Below, piece by piece: positions 53,686 through 62,755 of a stretch of DNA of 64,000 nucleotides. Both the position numbers and the translations under genes were made by a program. Position 1 is the stretch's first letter; each line of letters starts with the position of its first letter. Origin of the DNA: a virus (Duplodnaviria; Caudoviricetes); IMG/VR virus record IMGVR_UViG_3300014204_000183, positions 4,155 to 68,154 of that record, one strand, 5' to 3'. Under the pieces are notes generated by a model, which saw only the letters and a program-made list of their open reading frames with translations, searched no databases and had not been told where the DNA came from.

Positions 53686-54207
53686 TTATCCCCTCTTATC
53701 TGACGTTAAATAAAAAGTGTGGTCTGGAAGATCGTGCTTAGTTCCAGTAAAAAGTGCTGCGAGTCCTTGTTGACAAAAACAAACATATATCTTGTCAAAA
53801 CACATCCTAACGGCCGTCGTCTGGTCTTGTCGGCACCCACGTGCGACGGCTTGTATCCACTGATGTAGAGTTCCTGTAACTAAAATAGCTTGAATCCCCC
53901 GTACAATAGTCTCTGTAAGTGCAAATTGCATGCCAGACATGACTTCTAATAATAGGGGGGTGTCCCTCTCATCGGATGCAAGTAGGCACCCAAATGTAAT
54001 AAGGCCGTGTACATCTTCCTGTGCATCCCCACTAAATTCTTTTAAGACTGACAATAGGTGAGGCAGCCCTTTTAAACCGTTGGCATCCGCGATTCGCGAT
54101 GGCGATTCACCAAGCATCTCTTTGCATAATGTCAAAAAGAGACCTTGATTAAACTGAGGTTGGAGAACTATGACTGCACTTGGATTCATGGATTGATCGG
54201 CCTCCAT
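53686..54207 (-). CDS. hypothetical protein, weak ThyX C-terminal resemblance
   Basis: ILVTGTLHQWIQAV..AVRMCF; no RHR motif. Confidence 0.45.
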   Translation of the reverse strand: MEADQSMNPSAVIVLQPQFNQGLFLTLCKEMLGESPSRIADANGLKGLPHLLSVLKEFSGDAQEDVHGLITFGCLLASDERDTPLLLEVMSGMQFALTETIVRGIQAILVTGTLHQWIQAVARGCRQDQTTAVRMCFDKIYVCFCQQGLAALFTGTKHDLPDHTFYLTSDKRG

Positions 54208-54404
54208 TTATGCCAATTATAACACGCCAGAATCAGGGATACCACGTCAATAAAAAGCATATCACTCATGCCAAGTACAATAGCATAGATACACCACACG
54301 ATATTGCCGGCAATGCTCCATAGCCAACCTGTCCGATTCTTACATCCGGTTTGCCATAAAGCTAATATAATTAAGACATTGCCTAACCATCCGAGTGTAA
54401 TCAT
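54186..54404 (-). CDS. PnuC-like small membrane protein
   Basis: LGWLGNVLII..KNRTGWLWSIAGNIVWCIYAI. Confidence 0.6.
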   Translation of the reverse strand: MITLGWLGNVLIILALWQTGCKNRTGWLWSIAGNIVWCIYAIVLGMSDMLFIDVVSLILACYNWHKWRPINP

Positions 54405-54904
54405 CGAACAGCCTGGGCCTCAAATGGTATAATTAATGGTAAACAGCAGCTATCTTCACTACAGGGCGTGACAGTCACTGTGCCCTTAATTTTTAAGATT
54501 GCAAGCGGGACGTGAGAATTTATGGGTAGCCGCCACGCGGTCCCATATTCATGCTCTTCTAAGATCCCGACACCGGGTATACTTACTTTTTTAGGACCGA
54601 GAATAGTACCCCAGTCCCCAGTGGCTCCAAAATCCTGGCTTGGTGCAATATTCAAAACAGTTCGGATTGGCTCTGGCGTTTGTTTATTAATAGAATAAAT
54701 ATGGTGACCTTTTTTAATATGGGCCACCACATATAGAACCGATGCTGGCCCGATATGTGCTGAAATAGTTACCGGTGGCGAAGTATCTTCGAGGGCGGGG
54801 TCTACTCGTCTAGATTGAATGATACCATAGACGCCTGCGACTACCAAAAGGAAAATTGCTACAAAAAGTACATAACCACAAATTGTCGCTGTTCGCTCTT
54901 TCAT
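54401..54904 (-). CDS. DsbD N-terminal-like periplasmic domain protein
   Basis: TM anchor; IKKGHHIYS; PCSEDSCCLP. Confidence 0.7.
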   Translation of the reverse strand: MKERTATICGYVLFVAIFLLVVAGVYGIIQSRRVDPALEDTSPPVTISAHIGPASVLYVVAHIKKGHHIYSINKQTPEPIRTVLNIAPSQDFGATGDWGTILGPKKVSIPGVGILEEHEYGTAWRLPINSHVPLAILKIKGTVTVTPCSEDSCCLPLIIPFEAQAVR

Positions 54905-54919
54905 ATATGTCTCCTTAAA

Positions 54920-54993
54920 TGGCGGGGGCAGGACTCGAACCTGCGACCTCGAAGTTATGAGCCTCGAAAGCTAACCAACTGCTCCACCCCGCT
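54920..54993 (-). tRNA. tRNA-Met(CAT), initiator-like body
   Basis: AGCGGGG TG GAGC AGTTGGTT AGCT..CGAGG-CTCATAA-CTTCG..CCCCGCC-A; 1:72 mismatch. Confidence 0.88.
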
Positions 54994-55006
54994 ATGCCCC
55001 GAAGGG

Positions 55007-55171
55007 CTAGATGCCAATAAAATACCTAATGGCCACGTAAGGCCATTGCGCGGCTCGCAATACAACACCAATAGGAACATCTCCACATTGTGCATAAACA
55101 TCAATTAGCAAGGTTGTCATCCCACCTAGCCAATAAGCCACGACAGGCACTAAATACTTACTGATTTTCAT
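55007..55171 (-). CDS. small membrane protein, 54 aa (not in ORF track)
   Basis: YWLGGMTTLLIDVY..GD..AAQWP; paralogue of next gene. Confidence 0.7.
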   Translation of the reverse strand: MKISKYLVPVVAYWLGGMTTLLIDVYAQCGDVPIGVVLRAAQWPYVAIRYFIGI

Positions 55172-55353
55172 TGACTCCCCTTTGTGTAATCTTTAATTTT
55201 CTGTGCAATAAGAGCGACTGTACCAATTGGCCAAGCGGCCGGACCTAGAATAGTTGACAGGCTAATATCACCACCCGCCTCATATTCGTCGAGAAGTAGG
55301 GTGGTAACACCACCAAGATAATACGTGACCAAAATTGTTGCTAACATCGACAT
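55168..55353 (-). CDS. small membrane protein
   Basis: YYLGGVTTLLLDEY..GD..AAWP. Confidence 0.7.
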   Translation of the reverse strand: MSMLATILVTYYLGGVTTLLLDEYEAGGDISLSTILGPAAWPIGTVALIAQKIKDYTKGSQ

Positions 55354-55503
55354 AATAAAATCTCCAAACTGGCATCCTTAGTTTAAAATTGAACTAAAAT
55401 CAGCAAGGATGTTTCTGAAAATAGCTATGTAACATAGGGCAAGTTATGTGGTGGGCAATTACCAATGATAACCCAGCCACTTCGGCCCTGCTGTATTCCG
55501 GGG

Positions 55504-56247
55504 CTAGCGAGCCCGCTTTGATCCGGTTGTCTCTTCGACCTTTTCCACTTCCGTATTAGCCAGATTCATAAACTTTTCAATCTCCGCCTGAATCCGATCA
55601 ACAGGTGGTAGATTAGTAAACGGAGTTGAACACTGTACACAGATTGGCACGTGCCAGCCAAAGTTACGTTTGGTTACATACTTTGCTTTTAGCGTGCATG
55701 GCATGGGTCCATGTGGTTCTACCCGCACACCCTTCTTTTCTTCAAGACGTTTTGCAGCGTCTTCTGGCAATGGAAGGAAGGAAGCGATCTTATCAGATTC
55801 CATACGCATCGATTTATTGACACCACAAAACAACTCATAGAAGCGACCTGCACTGCGTTCAAAGACTAAAAACGTTAGTCCATACATACAGCCAGAATTT
55901 TGAATCGATGCCTTTTCTTGGATCTCCTTAAATGCCGACGATGTCGGATCATAGTTTGTGACAATGGCGTCACGGTCACTTAGATCAAGGGCCTTTGCTC
56001 GACAAACAAGTGGCAATAGATCGATCTCAACTCCCAGATCCTTGATACTATCTTCTCCACTTGGAACACCATAGTGGCCGGGGCGAATTAGATCCCGATC
56101 AATTGCACCGCCCTTGCTAAAAAGTTGGATCCGGTCGAAGAACTCATTACTTTTTGTTAGATCTCCAATTAGATCACTAGCCGCATTAACACCGACGGCG
56201 GGCAATTGGTCTAGTGTTACAGTGCTCAATTCAGTACTCTTACTCAT
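55504..56247 (-). CDS. hypothetical replication-module protein (possible SSB)
   Basis: Position beside ParB/origin; FGWHVP strand; function by context only. Confidence 0.5.
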   Translation of the reverse strand: MSKSTELSTVTLDQLPAVGVNAASDLIGDLTKSNEFFDRIQLFSKGGAIDRDLIRPGHYGVPSGEDSIKDLGVEIDLLPLVCRAKALDLSDRDAIVTNYDPTSSAFKEIQEKASIQNSGCMYGLTFLVFERSAGRFYELFCGVNKSMRMESDKIASFLPLPEDAAKRLEEKKGVRVEPHGPMPCTLKAKYVTKRNFGWHVPICVQCSTPFTNLPPVDRIQAEIEKFMNLANTEVEKVEETTGSKRAR

Positions 56248-56281
56248 TGTAAAACTCCTAAGTAGGTTATAGAAACTAAAA

Positions 56282-57250
56282 CTAGGTGACGATTTCAATC
56301 ATATCTGTGTCGTGTGGATCCGCTCCTAACTTTTTAGCACGACACCGATGTAGACGTGTTCTGTCCATACTTCTTTTGTCTAATTTTTCACGGTCATGTT
56401 CGGCCCTCTGTTTGGCTCGCTCTTGTGACTCGCGTATTGACTCAGGATCAATATGCAAAACCCATGCCAAAGCCAGCTTCCATATTTCAATTTTTGTTAG
56501 TTTTTCACGCGTCGTAAGTATTTCGCCATAAATTGGTCGCTCATATTCTTGTTTAACCCTGCTGAATGTGCGCAGGTGGGGAGATGGCTTATCACTGACA
56601 ATAAGGTAGTTTTTAAGGTGCCCCTCATTGATAGCTTCTTTGTACGCTTTACGATAGCCGTTGCTTAATTGGATGAATTCCCTAGCTGTCAAAGTCATTG
56701 CTTGCTTAAGTAAATCGTCTTGAAACTGCTGTGGTAGCCGGGAGAGGGCATAGGCGGACGTTATAGGTAACTCCCCGCGGTCAAGATGTTTTTTTGCAAC
56801 AGGTATGAGGCGATTTAGCCGCAAAATATCTTGAATCTTTGCTGGCCGACAATGTAATTCTATTGAAAGATTGGCCATTGTTAATTCTGGATTTTCAATG
56901 AAGAGCATTTTTAATCTAGCCGCGTATTCAGTGTTAGTAGTTGTTTTTCGGATTAAATTTGCCTGTACTTGCCAGTTTTTTACTTCACTGTCTGTTGCTT
57001 CTTTTATTATACACGGTATTTCAGAAAGTCCACAATCAAGGGCACAGCAGTATCGATGTAGGCCTTCAATTATCTCATATTTATCTGGCTGGCGTTTAGA
57101 AATTCGCACACAGATTGCGCTGAAAAACCCGTGGGCAGCGATTGAATCGCGCATCTCAATGTAATCTAAGGATGTTTTATCCACCAGACGTAATAGTACA
57201 AATGCAGGCACCAATTGATCTAACCGTAAATTTTTTAGCTGGTCCGCCAT
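56282..57250 (-). CDS. ParB/RepB/Spo0J-family protein
   Basis: SIAAHGFFSAICVR..YEIIEGLHRYCCA..ANLIR..HTH. Confidence 0.85.
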   Translation of the reverse strand: MADQLKNLRLDQLVPAFVLLRLVDKTSLDYIEMRDSIAAHGFFSAICVRISKRQPDKYEIIEGLHRYCCALDCGLSEIPCIIKEATDSEVKNWQVQANLIRKTTTNTEYAARLKMLFIENPELTMANLSIELHCRPAKIQDILRLNRLIPVAKKHLDRGELPITSAYALSRLPQQFQDDLLKQAMTLTAREFIQLSNGYRKAYKEAINEGHLKNYLIVSDKPSPHLRTFSRVKQEYERPIYGEILTTREKLTKIEIWKLALAWVLHIDPESIRESQERAKQRAEHDREKLDKRSMDRTRLHRCRAKKLGADPHDTDMIEIVT

Positions 57251-57519
57251 TTACAACCCTCACAGCAACTTATTGTCAACTCTTTGTTATTCCCTAATGG
57301 ATGGCCACAAATATTTACTAGCATTTCACAATTACAGTCTTCCCGCCTCCGTAAAATCTGTGTCCGAAATTGACAGTATCGCCACAGTGGTATTAATGTC
57401 CAAGCTCCTGCTCCTAGTTCGCTTTTTCTTCTGTACCCCTCTAGACAAGTAGGTGGGACGCTTCCACGTTGTGGAAATATAATTGTGCCATCATCTAATA
57501 TTCGGGGTGTCGTATTCAT
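57235..57519 (-). CDS. hypothetical Cys-rich protein
   Basis: 94-aa ORF. Confidence 0.6.
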   Translation of the reverse strand: MNTTPRILDDGTIIFPQRGSVPPTCLEGYRRKSELGAGAWTLIPLWRYCQFRTQILRRREDCNCEMLVNICGHPLGNNKELTISCCEGCKWRTS

Positions 57520-57521
57520 AG

Positions 57522-57545
57522 CCTCTTATATAATAGAGGGATTTT
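57522..57545 (-). repeat. 24-bp outer inverted repeat, left copy
   Basis: AAAATCCCTCTaTTATATAAGAGG; 23/24 identical to 58502-58525. Confidence 0.85.
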
Positions 57546-57640
57546 AGACTAGAAATGTTTGTCAAAAATTTTGAAGTTAGAAATTGAAGGGCATAAATAT
57601 AAATTTAGCAGAAAAGTAAATGGCTATTAGTCATAAGTAC

Positions 57641-57668
57641 TTGACTTAAAAGACATTATATCTAAAGT
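57641..57668 (+). promoter_or_regulatory. plus-strand promoter candidate pointing into palindrome
   Basis: TTGACT-N16-TAAAGT. Confidence 0.55.
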
Positions 57669-57770
57669 GTGCGTAAAAGTCTATCAGAAAACCAAAAAAA
57701 GTATGCATTTCAATTGATATAACTACTTGCTCTGCCAGTAGTTATAACTTAGGCAAAAATGACTTACGTA

Positions 57771-58316
57771 AATTGACCTCTGAAAATTTAGTAACTTTTT
57801 GAAAAGTGGCAATTTTAACTCCTTGCCCTACAACGACTTATACCAATTGAAACAGTTGTTTATGCTTTTCAAAACACGATTTAGTAAAAAATCCGCGCGC
57901 CCCCCGAATTTATATTCGCCTTTCAATTGCTGTAACCTCTTGCCTAGCACGAGGTTACATTGATACAAAAAATGACTTACGTCGATTTGAAACAGATAAA
58001 CAGTTTTGTCTACCCGAAAAGTCGCCTTGTTGGATGAAAAAAAATATTTTCGTCTATAAGGGAACTCTTTGATTTTGGAAAAGCATAAACATCTGTTTCA
58101 AATCGACGTAAGTCAAATTTTGTGTAGATATAACTACTTGCCCTACAACGACTTATATCAATTGAAAGGCATACTTTTTTTCAAAAATTTACTCCCTTTT
58201 TACTAAATCGTGTTTTGAAAAGCATAAACAACTGTTTCAATTGATATAACTACATGATATATAAGGGCTTAAAATTGCACTTTTTGAAAAAGTTACTAAA
58301 TTTTCAGAGGTCAATT
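57771..58316. repeat. 546-bp imperfect palindrome; probable replication origin
   Basis: Perfect arms 57771-57800/58287-58316, 57844-57890/58197-58243, 57973-57997/58091-58115, all centred on ~58044. Confidence 0.9.
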
Positions 58317-58501
58317 AACATAACCTCTTACATAACAAGAGATTACATCAATTGAAAGGCAAACTTATTTAAAATTAACTATCTTTTATTGAATTGTGTT
58401 TGGAAAACCGCTTCGCATTTCAATTTGTTGGTATATCGTTTGCTTTTCTTACCTCCGTGTTATTTATGCACTTCAAATTTTAGATAGAACTTTTGGCCAC
58501 A

Positions 58502-58525
58502 AAAATCCCTCTCTTATATAAGAGG
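58502..58525 (+). repeat. 24-bp outer inverted repeat, right copy
   Basis: AAAATCCCTCTcTTATATAAGAGG upstream of primase-helicase. Confidence 0.85.
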
Positions 58526-58551
58526 ACGTAATAATCTACTGGAGCTATTAA

Positions 58552-61281
58552 ATGCATGCTACGGATCAGTTAATTAGATTCTTCCAGCTTCTACCACACA
58601 ACAACCCACGAGTAGCTAGTTGGTACACACCAGATATGGAGGTTCAGGTTCTTGTCTCCCGAGATGATGGTGAGCCAGTAGCGGGCAAGAATGGTGTTTA
58701 TTGTAATAATAACTATGCGTATGACTGGTACAATTTCCGGTTGCCAAAGAATGCCAATACTGAGCCAGTAGATAATGACCACGAGCTACGTTATCCACTT
58801 GACAAACATGCGGATTCAATTGGACTCACTGGTTGGGACTGGCGGAATAAAAAATCTATTCGTTGTGGTTTTGACTATGATTCAATTACTAGTCATGCAA
58901 AGGGCGTAGGCGTCGAAGCTGAACAACTTAACGCAATTCTTGATAAACTAATGCATGTCCCCGAGGCTCTTGTTTTAAAGAGTACAGGGGGCAGCGGTTT
59001 GCATGTGTACTTTGAATTTGATGTTGACAGCCTACCAGATACACAGAACCATACAGAACACTCAGCACTAGCGCTAGCTTGTTTAAAAGAAATTTCCAGG
59101 CGTGTCGAGTTTAATTTTGAAGCGAGTATGGATGTTGGTGGCGGCAATATGTGGGTGTGGGCTCGCAGAACCACATCAGAAAATCAAGGCCTAACAACCT
59201 TAAAAGACAACTTAAATGCAGATGGGACACGCGCCTACCTAACGCCCCCTGCGAATTGGAAAGCCTACGTTGATGTTGCGGCACGTCGTAGGTCGAAGGT
59301 ACGCATAGAAGGTGTTGATGAAGCAGATCAAGATAAAATAGCGGATAAAGCCGCTGCGCAAAGAAACACACCATTAGATGATACACACAAACGAATAATT
59401 GCAGAATTACAAGCCCATACGGAATATACGACTGTCTGGGTAGCCGACCACCATCTTTTAAACACCCATACAGCTCTCTTGAAACAACTTGCCAATGAAC
59501 GGGCTAGTACTAGTGATCCCATTCTAGGGGCATTTGAAACGTTAGCAGAGGGGCGTGATAAAACAAAACCCAACGCATTTTTGTTCCCGATGCTTGATGG
59601 GGCATTTCGTGTTTGTCGTTTTGGAAAGGGTACAAACGAACACGATACCTGGAAATTGGACAAAGGTGGTTGGACGTATTGTTTTTACAACAAACCTCTT
59701 TCTTTAAGTGGAGCAGCCGCTGCCTTTGAGGGTCTAGAAGATGACTCCAAAGGTGGCGGGTATACCTTTCCTGATAGAGACGCTGCTCTCGCTGCCGTCA
59801 AGTCAATGGGTCACAACATTGAAATACCTGACGAACTAGATAATAGACAAATACGTCTACAAGCATATAAGAAAGAGAAACTGCTTGTTGAGATTGTTAA
59901 ACACTCTGATGATAAAATTGAACCTCTAGGTTGGATGCAAAAAAAAGGGAAGTTCTTTAAGATATATAATATTGATGTCAGAACGCATGGGGAAGTTAAT
60001 GCTGATTTTGAGGAGATTGATAAGTACGTTAGATGCTTGATCTCTGGAGATAACAACACCTCGGGATGGGCATACTGGCATGAAAAAGGTACGTGGGTAT
60101 TCACGACAAAAGATGATGCTCGATCCCGTTTAAAAGCTGCTGGTTATGAGGATAATGCCGAAGTCGTGCTTGGCGAAATTCTATCTAAGGCTTGGACTAT
60201 AACACACGTCCCCTTTCAAGATGAATTTCCCGGTAATAGACAGTGGAATCTGCGAGCTCCGAAATTAAAGTATCAACCAGAAGCCTATGAGCCGGGCGAC
60301 TCGCCACATCCACACTGGGATATGGTACTAGAACACACGGGAGCCGACTTGACAGCTAATTTAAAAGAACTATCTTGGGCCCAGAAAAATGGAATAACAA
60401 CTGGAAAAGACTATCTTCAAAGATGGATCGCTCTAATGCTTAGGGAGCCATTTGAACATCTACCGTATTTGTATTTATGGGGGAATCAAAATACTGGTAA
60501 GACAATTTTACACCAAGCTATTCAAACGCTTATGGTTGGTGGAACCATGCGTGCAGATTCAGCACTTACAAACACAGGGGACTTTAATGGAGAGCTGGCA
60601 GGTGCAGTTTTATGTGTAGTTGAGGAAAAGAATATTTCTCAACAAAATGCCCAGGCAGTGTACAATAAAATAAAGGATTTAGTCCTAGCAGATGTGATCC
60701 CTATTCATGCCAAGTATAAACAAGTTTGTATGCAGCCTAATACGACACACTGGATTCAATGTTCAAATTCAAGAGATCACTGCCCTGTTTTTACGGGTGA
60801 CACACGAGTAACAATGATGTATGTTGACCAGCTCGTAAATGAGATCCCTACCCGCACGCTGATTAAAAAATTAGAAGATGAGGCACCATATTTTATGTAC
60901 ACCCTAATGAATCTTCCACTGCCAGATGTTGAGCACAGACTCCGTCTTCCAATTGTTGACACATCAAGTAAAGAACAACTTATAGATGCCAACAAAAACG
61001 CATTAGAGAATTTTATTGATGAGTATTGCTTCTTTACTCCTGGATTTGCGACATCGTTTGACGAGTTTATGGCACATTTTCGCACCAGTATTGCTGAAAA
61101 TGAAACCATATATTGGGGCCGTCAAGCTGTATTAAACGCCCTTCCACACGAGTATCCAGTTGGTAAACTTGTAGGCGGTAAGAAACATATTGGAAACCTG
61201 TCGCTGGAGAGCAGAGAAATTGAAACCAATGGATGTTATATAACTCGTCAAGGTTATCTAGTTTTAGAAACGGAAGTTTAG
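58552..61281 (+). CDS. primase-helicase (AEP-like N-terminus, SF3/D5-like helicase)
   Basis: DYD, KSTGGSGLHVYF; WGNQNTGKT, VVEE, CSN. Confidence 0.85.
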   Translation: MHATDQLIRFFQLLPHNNPRVASWYTPDMEVQVLVSRDDGEPVAGKNGVYCNNNYAYDWYNFRLPKNANTEPVDNDHELRYPLDKHADSIGLTGWDWRNKKSIRCGFDYDSITSHAKGVGVEAEQLNAILDKLMHVPEALVLKSTGGSGLHVYFEFDVDSLPDTQNHTEHSALALACLKEISRRVEFNFEASMDVGGGNMWVWARRTTSENQGLTTLKDNLNADGTRAYLTPPANWKAYVDVAARRRSKVRIEGVDEADQDKIADKAAAQRNTPLDDTHKRIIAELQAHTEYTTVWVADHHLLNTHTALLKQLANERASTSDPILGAFETLAEGRDKTKPNAFLFPMLDGAFRVCRFGKGTNEHDTWKLDKGGWTYCFYNKPLSLSGAAAAFEGLEDDSKGGGYTFPDRDAALAAVKSMGHNIEIPDELDNRQIRLQAYKKEKLLVEIVKHSDDKIEPLGWMQKKGKFFKIYNIDVRTHGEVNADFEEIDKYVRCLISGDNNTSGWAYWHEKGTWVFTTKDDARSRLKAAGYEDNAEVVLGEILSKAWTITHVPFQDEFPGNRQWNLRAPKLKYQPEAYEPGDSPHPHWDMVLEHTGADLTANLKELSWAQKNGITTGKDYLQRWIALMLREPFEHLPYLYLWGNQNTGKTILHQAIQTLMVGGTMRADSALTNTGDFNGELAGAVLCVVEEKNISQQNAQAVYNKIKDLVLADVIPIHAKYKQVCMQPNTTHWIQCSNSRDHCPVFTGDTRVTMMYVDQLVNEIPTRTLIKKLEDEAPYFMYTLMNLPLPDVEHRLRLPIVDTSSKEQLIDANKNALENFIDEYCFFTPGFATSFDEFMAHFRTSIAENETIYWGRQAVLNALPHEYPVGKLVGGKKHIGNLSLESREIETNGCYITRQGYLVLETEV

Positions 61282-61469
61282 TATGGATTGTATTATTACA
61301 GTTTTTAAGTGGGTAGGGGATAATGCTATACCAGTGGCTGAGATCCGATGGGCTGGAAAACTTCCCACAAATGGCACAAAATTTGCACTTAAACACGGTG
61401 GAGATTTTATAGAGATTCAAGACTGGGACGAGTATATTGAACTGCAAGATTACAGCTAAGGGAGGGATA

Positions 61470-61910
61470 ATGGCTAAAAAATCAAAGTGTCAAGTAAAAG
61501 ATAGTGGTACTAGACGAAAGTTTGTCACCGGAGCTGTTCGTGACTGTGCTGTTGGCAAAGGGCGTATGGATCTGTTGCCATTTCGCACCTTAATTCGGTT
61601 AGCACAACATTTTGAAGACGGGGCTACTAAATACGGAGACGACAACTGGCGTGCTGGGATCGACCTACGTTGTTATGTTGATAGCGCAGTCCGACATCTA
61701 AGTAAATTTATGATTGGTATGCGAGATGAGCCGCATCTTATTGCGGCCATTTGGAATCTTGTCGCCTTGTATGAAACAGAGGCGATGATTACAGAGGGAT
61801 TACTACCGGAATCCCTAAATAATTTACCTAATAATCCAATCGAGATCACGAAGAATCCACATAATATACAACCTACTAACAAGCGAGAGACTGATGGACA
61901 TAAATCCTAA
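61470..61910 (+). CDS. dATP/dGTP diphosphohydrolase domain protein (DUF5664-like)
   Basis: TGAVRD..GKGRMDLLP..GATKYG..NWRAG..SAVRHL..EPHL.AAIWN. Confidence 0.85.
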   Translation: MAKKSKCQVKDSGTRRKFVTGAVRDCAVGKGRMDLLPFRTLIRLAQHFEDGATKYGDDNWRAGIDLRCYVDSAVRHLSKFMIGMRDEPHLIAAIWNLVALYETEAMITEGLLPESLNNLPNNPIEITKNPHNIQPTNKRETDGHKS

Positions 61911-62136
61911 TACAAGGCAGGCAAAATTACTTATTGCTGGTGGCTTTGCCGACTTACTCTCCTATCTAACTGAGTTAGAGAATCCGATTATTGTTGGCCG
62001 GGGCTATTCACGATCAAAATTATTAGAGGCTTTTGAAGCATGGGCCCTTTTCAATAATTTTGACATAACTGAAGCGGACGATAATCTATGGAAGCATGCC
62101 TGTTTACACGGGTTTTTTAGAGGTACAGATGGTTAA
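61894..62136 (+). CDS. hypothetical protein
   Basis: 80-aa ORF. Confidence 0.6.
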   Translation: MDINPNTRQAKLLIAGGFADLLSYLTELENPIIVGRGYSRSKLLEAFEAWALFNNFDITEADDNLWKHACLHGFFRGTDG

Positions 62137-62743
62137 ATCTTATAGTGGTTTAATAAGCCTTAAATATAATTTAATGGCGGCAGTTGATGTCGAGACAACT
62201 GGCAGAATGCCCGGGTACCATGAAATTATCCAAATTGCTGTGCAACCTTTAGATTCAGAAATGGCGCCCTGCACACAGCCATTTTATCTAAAAATAGCCC
62301 CAGAATATCCCGAGCGGGTTGAAAAAGAGGCTTCCACTGTGCATGGAATAGATATCGCCGAGCTAGTACAAACAGCCGTTAGCCAATCCAGAGCGGCCGA
62401 TATGTTTGACGAATGGTTTCAAAGTTTAGACCTTCCATATAGAAAATCATTGGTGCCACTTGCGCACAACTGGGCATTCGAGGCTGGTTTTTTGAAGGCG
62501 TGGTTAGGGTATGAGAGTTTTAATCAAATTTTTCATCCGCACCCCCGTGATTCTATGCTATTTGGCATCGCCTTAAATGATAGAGCCTTTTTTCAAGGCG
62601 ACCCCGCGCCATTTAATTCTGTGAGTCTAAAAGCTATGTGTGATAAAATGGGAATACCAGTTATTAAGTCACACGACGCCCTTGCTGATGCGTTGGCCGA
62701 AGCCAAACTCTATAAAGCGCTATTACAATTACCAACAATCTAA
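62129..62743 (+). CDS. DEDDh 3'-5' exonuclease
   Basis: VDVETTG, AHNWAFE, HDALADA. Confidence 0.88.
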   Translation: MVKSYSGLISLKYNLMAAVDVETTGRMPGYHEIIQIAVQPLDSEMAPCTQPFYLKIAPEYPERVEKEASTVHGIDIAELVQTAVSQSRAADMFDEWFQSLDLPYRKSLVPLAHNWAFEAGFLKAWLGYESFNQIFHPHPRDSMLFGIALNDRAFFQGDPAPFNSVSLKAMCDKMGIPVIKSHDALADALAEAKLYKALLQLPTI

Positions 62744-62755
62744 TAGCTCCACATT

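Noticed and set aside
57848-58240. parS sites (TGTTTCA half-sites)
   Set aside because: Only half-sites occur, and none forms the 16-bp TGTTTCACGTGAAACA palindrome.
57700-58360. CRISPR or mini-array in the origin region
   Set aside because: Repeats are irregularly spaced, degenerate and in inverted symmetry.
61283-61460. Small gene between primase and diphosphohydrolase
   Set aside because: Two competing short frames; cannot choose one from sequence alone.
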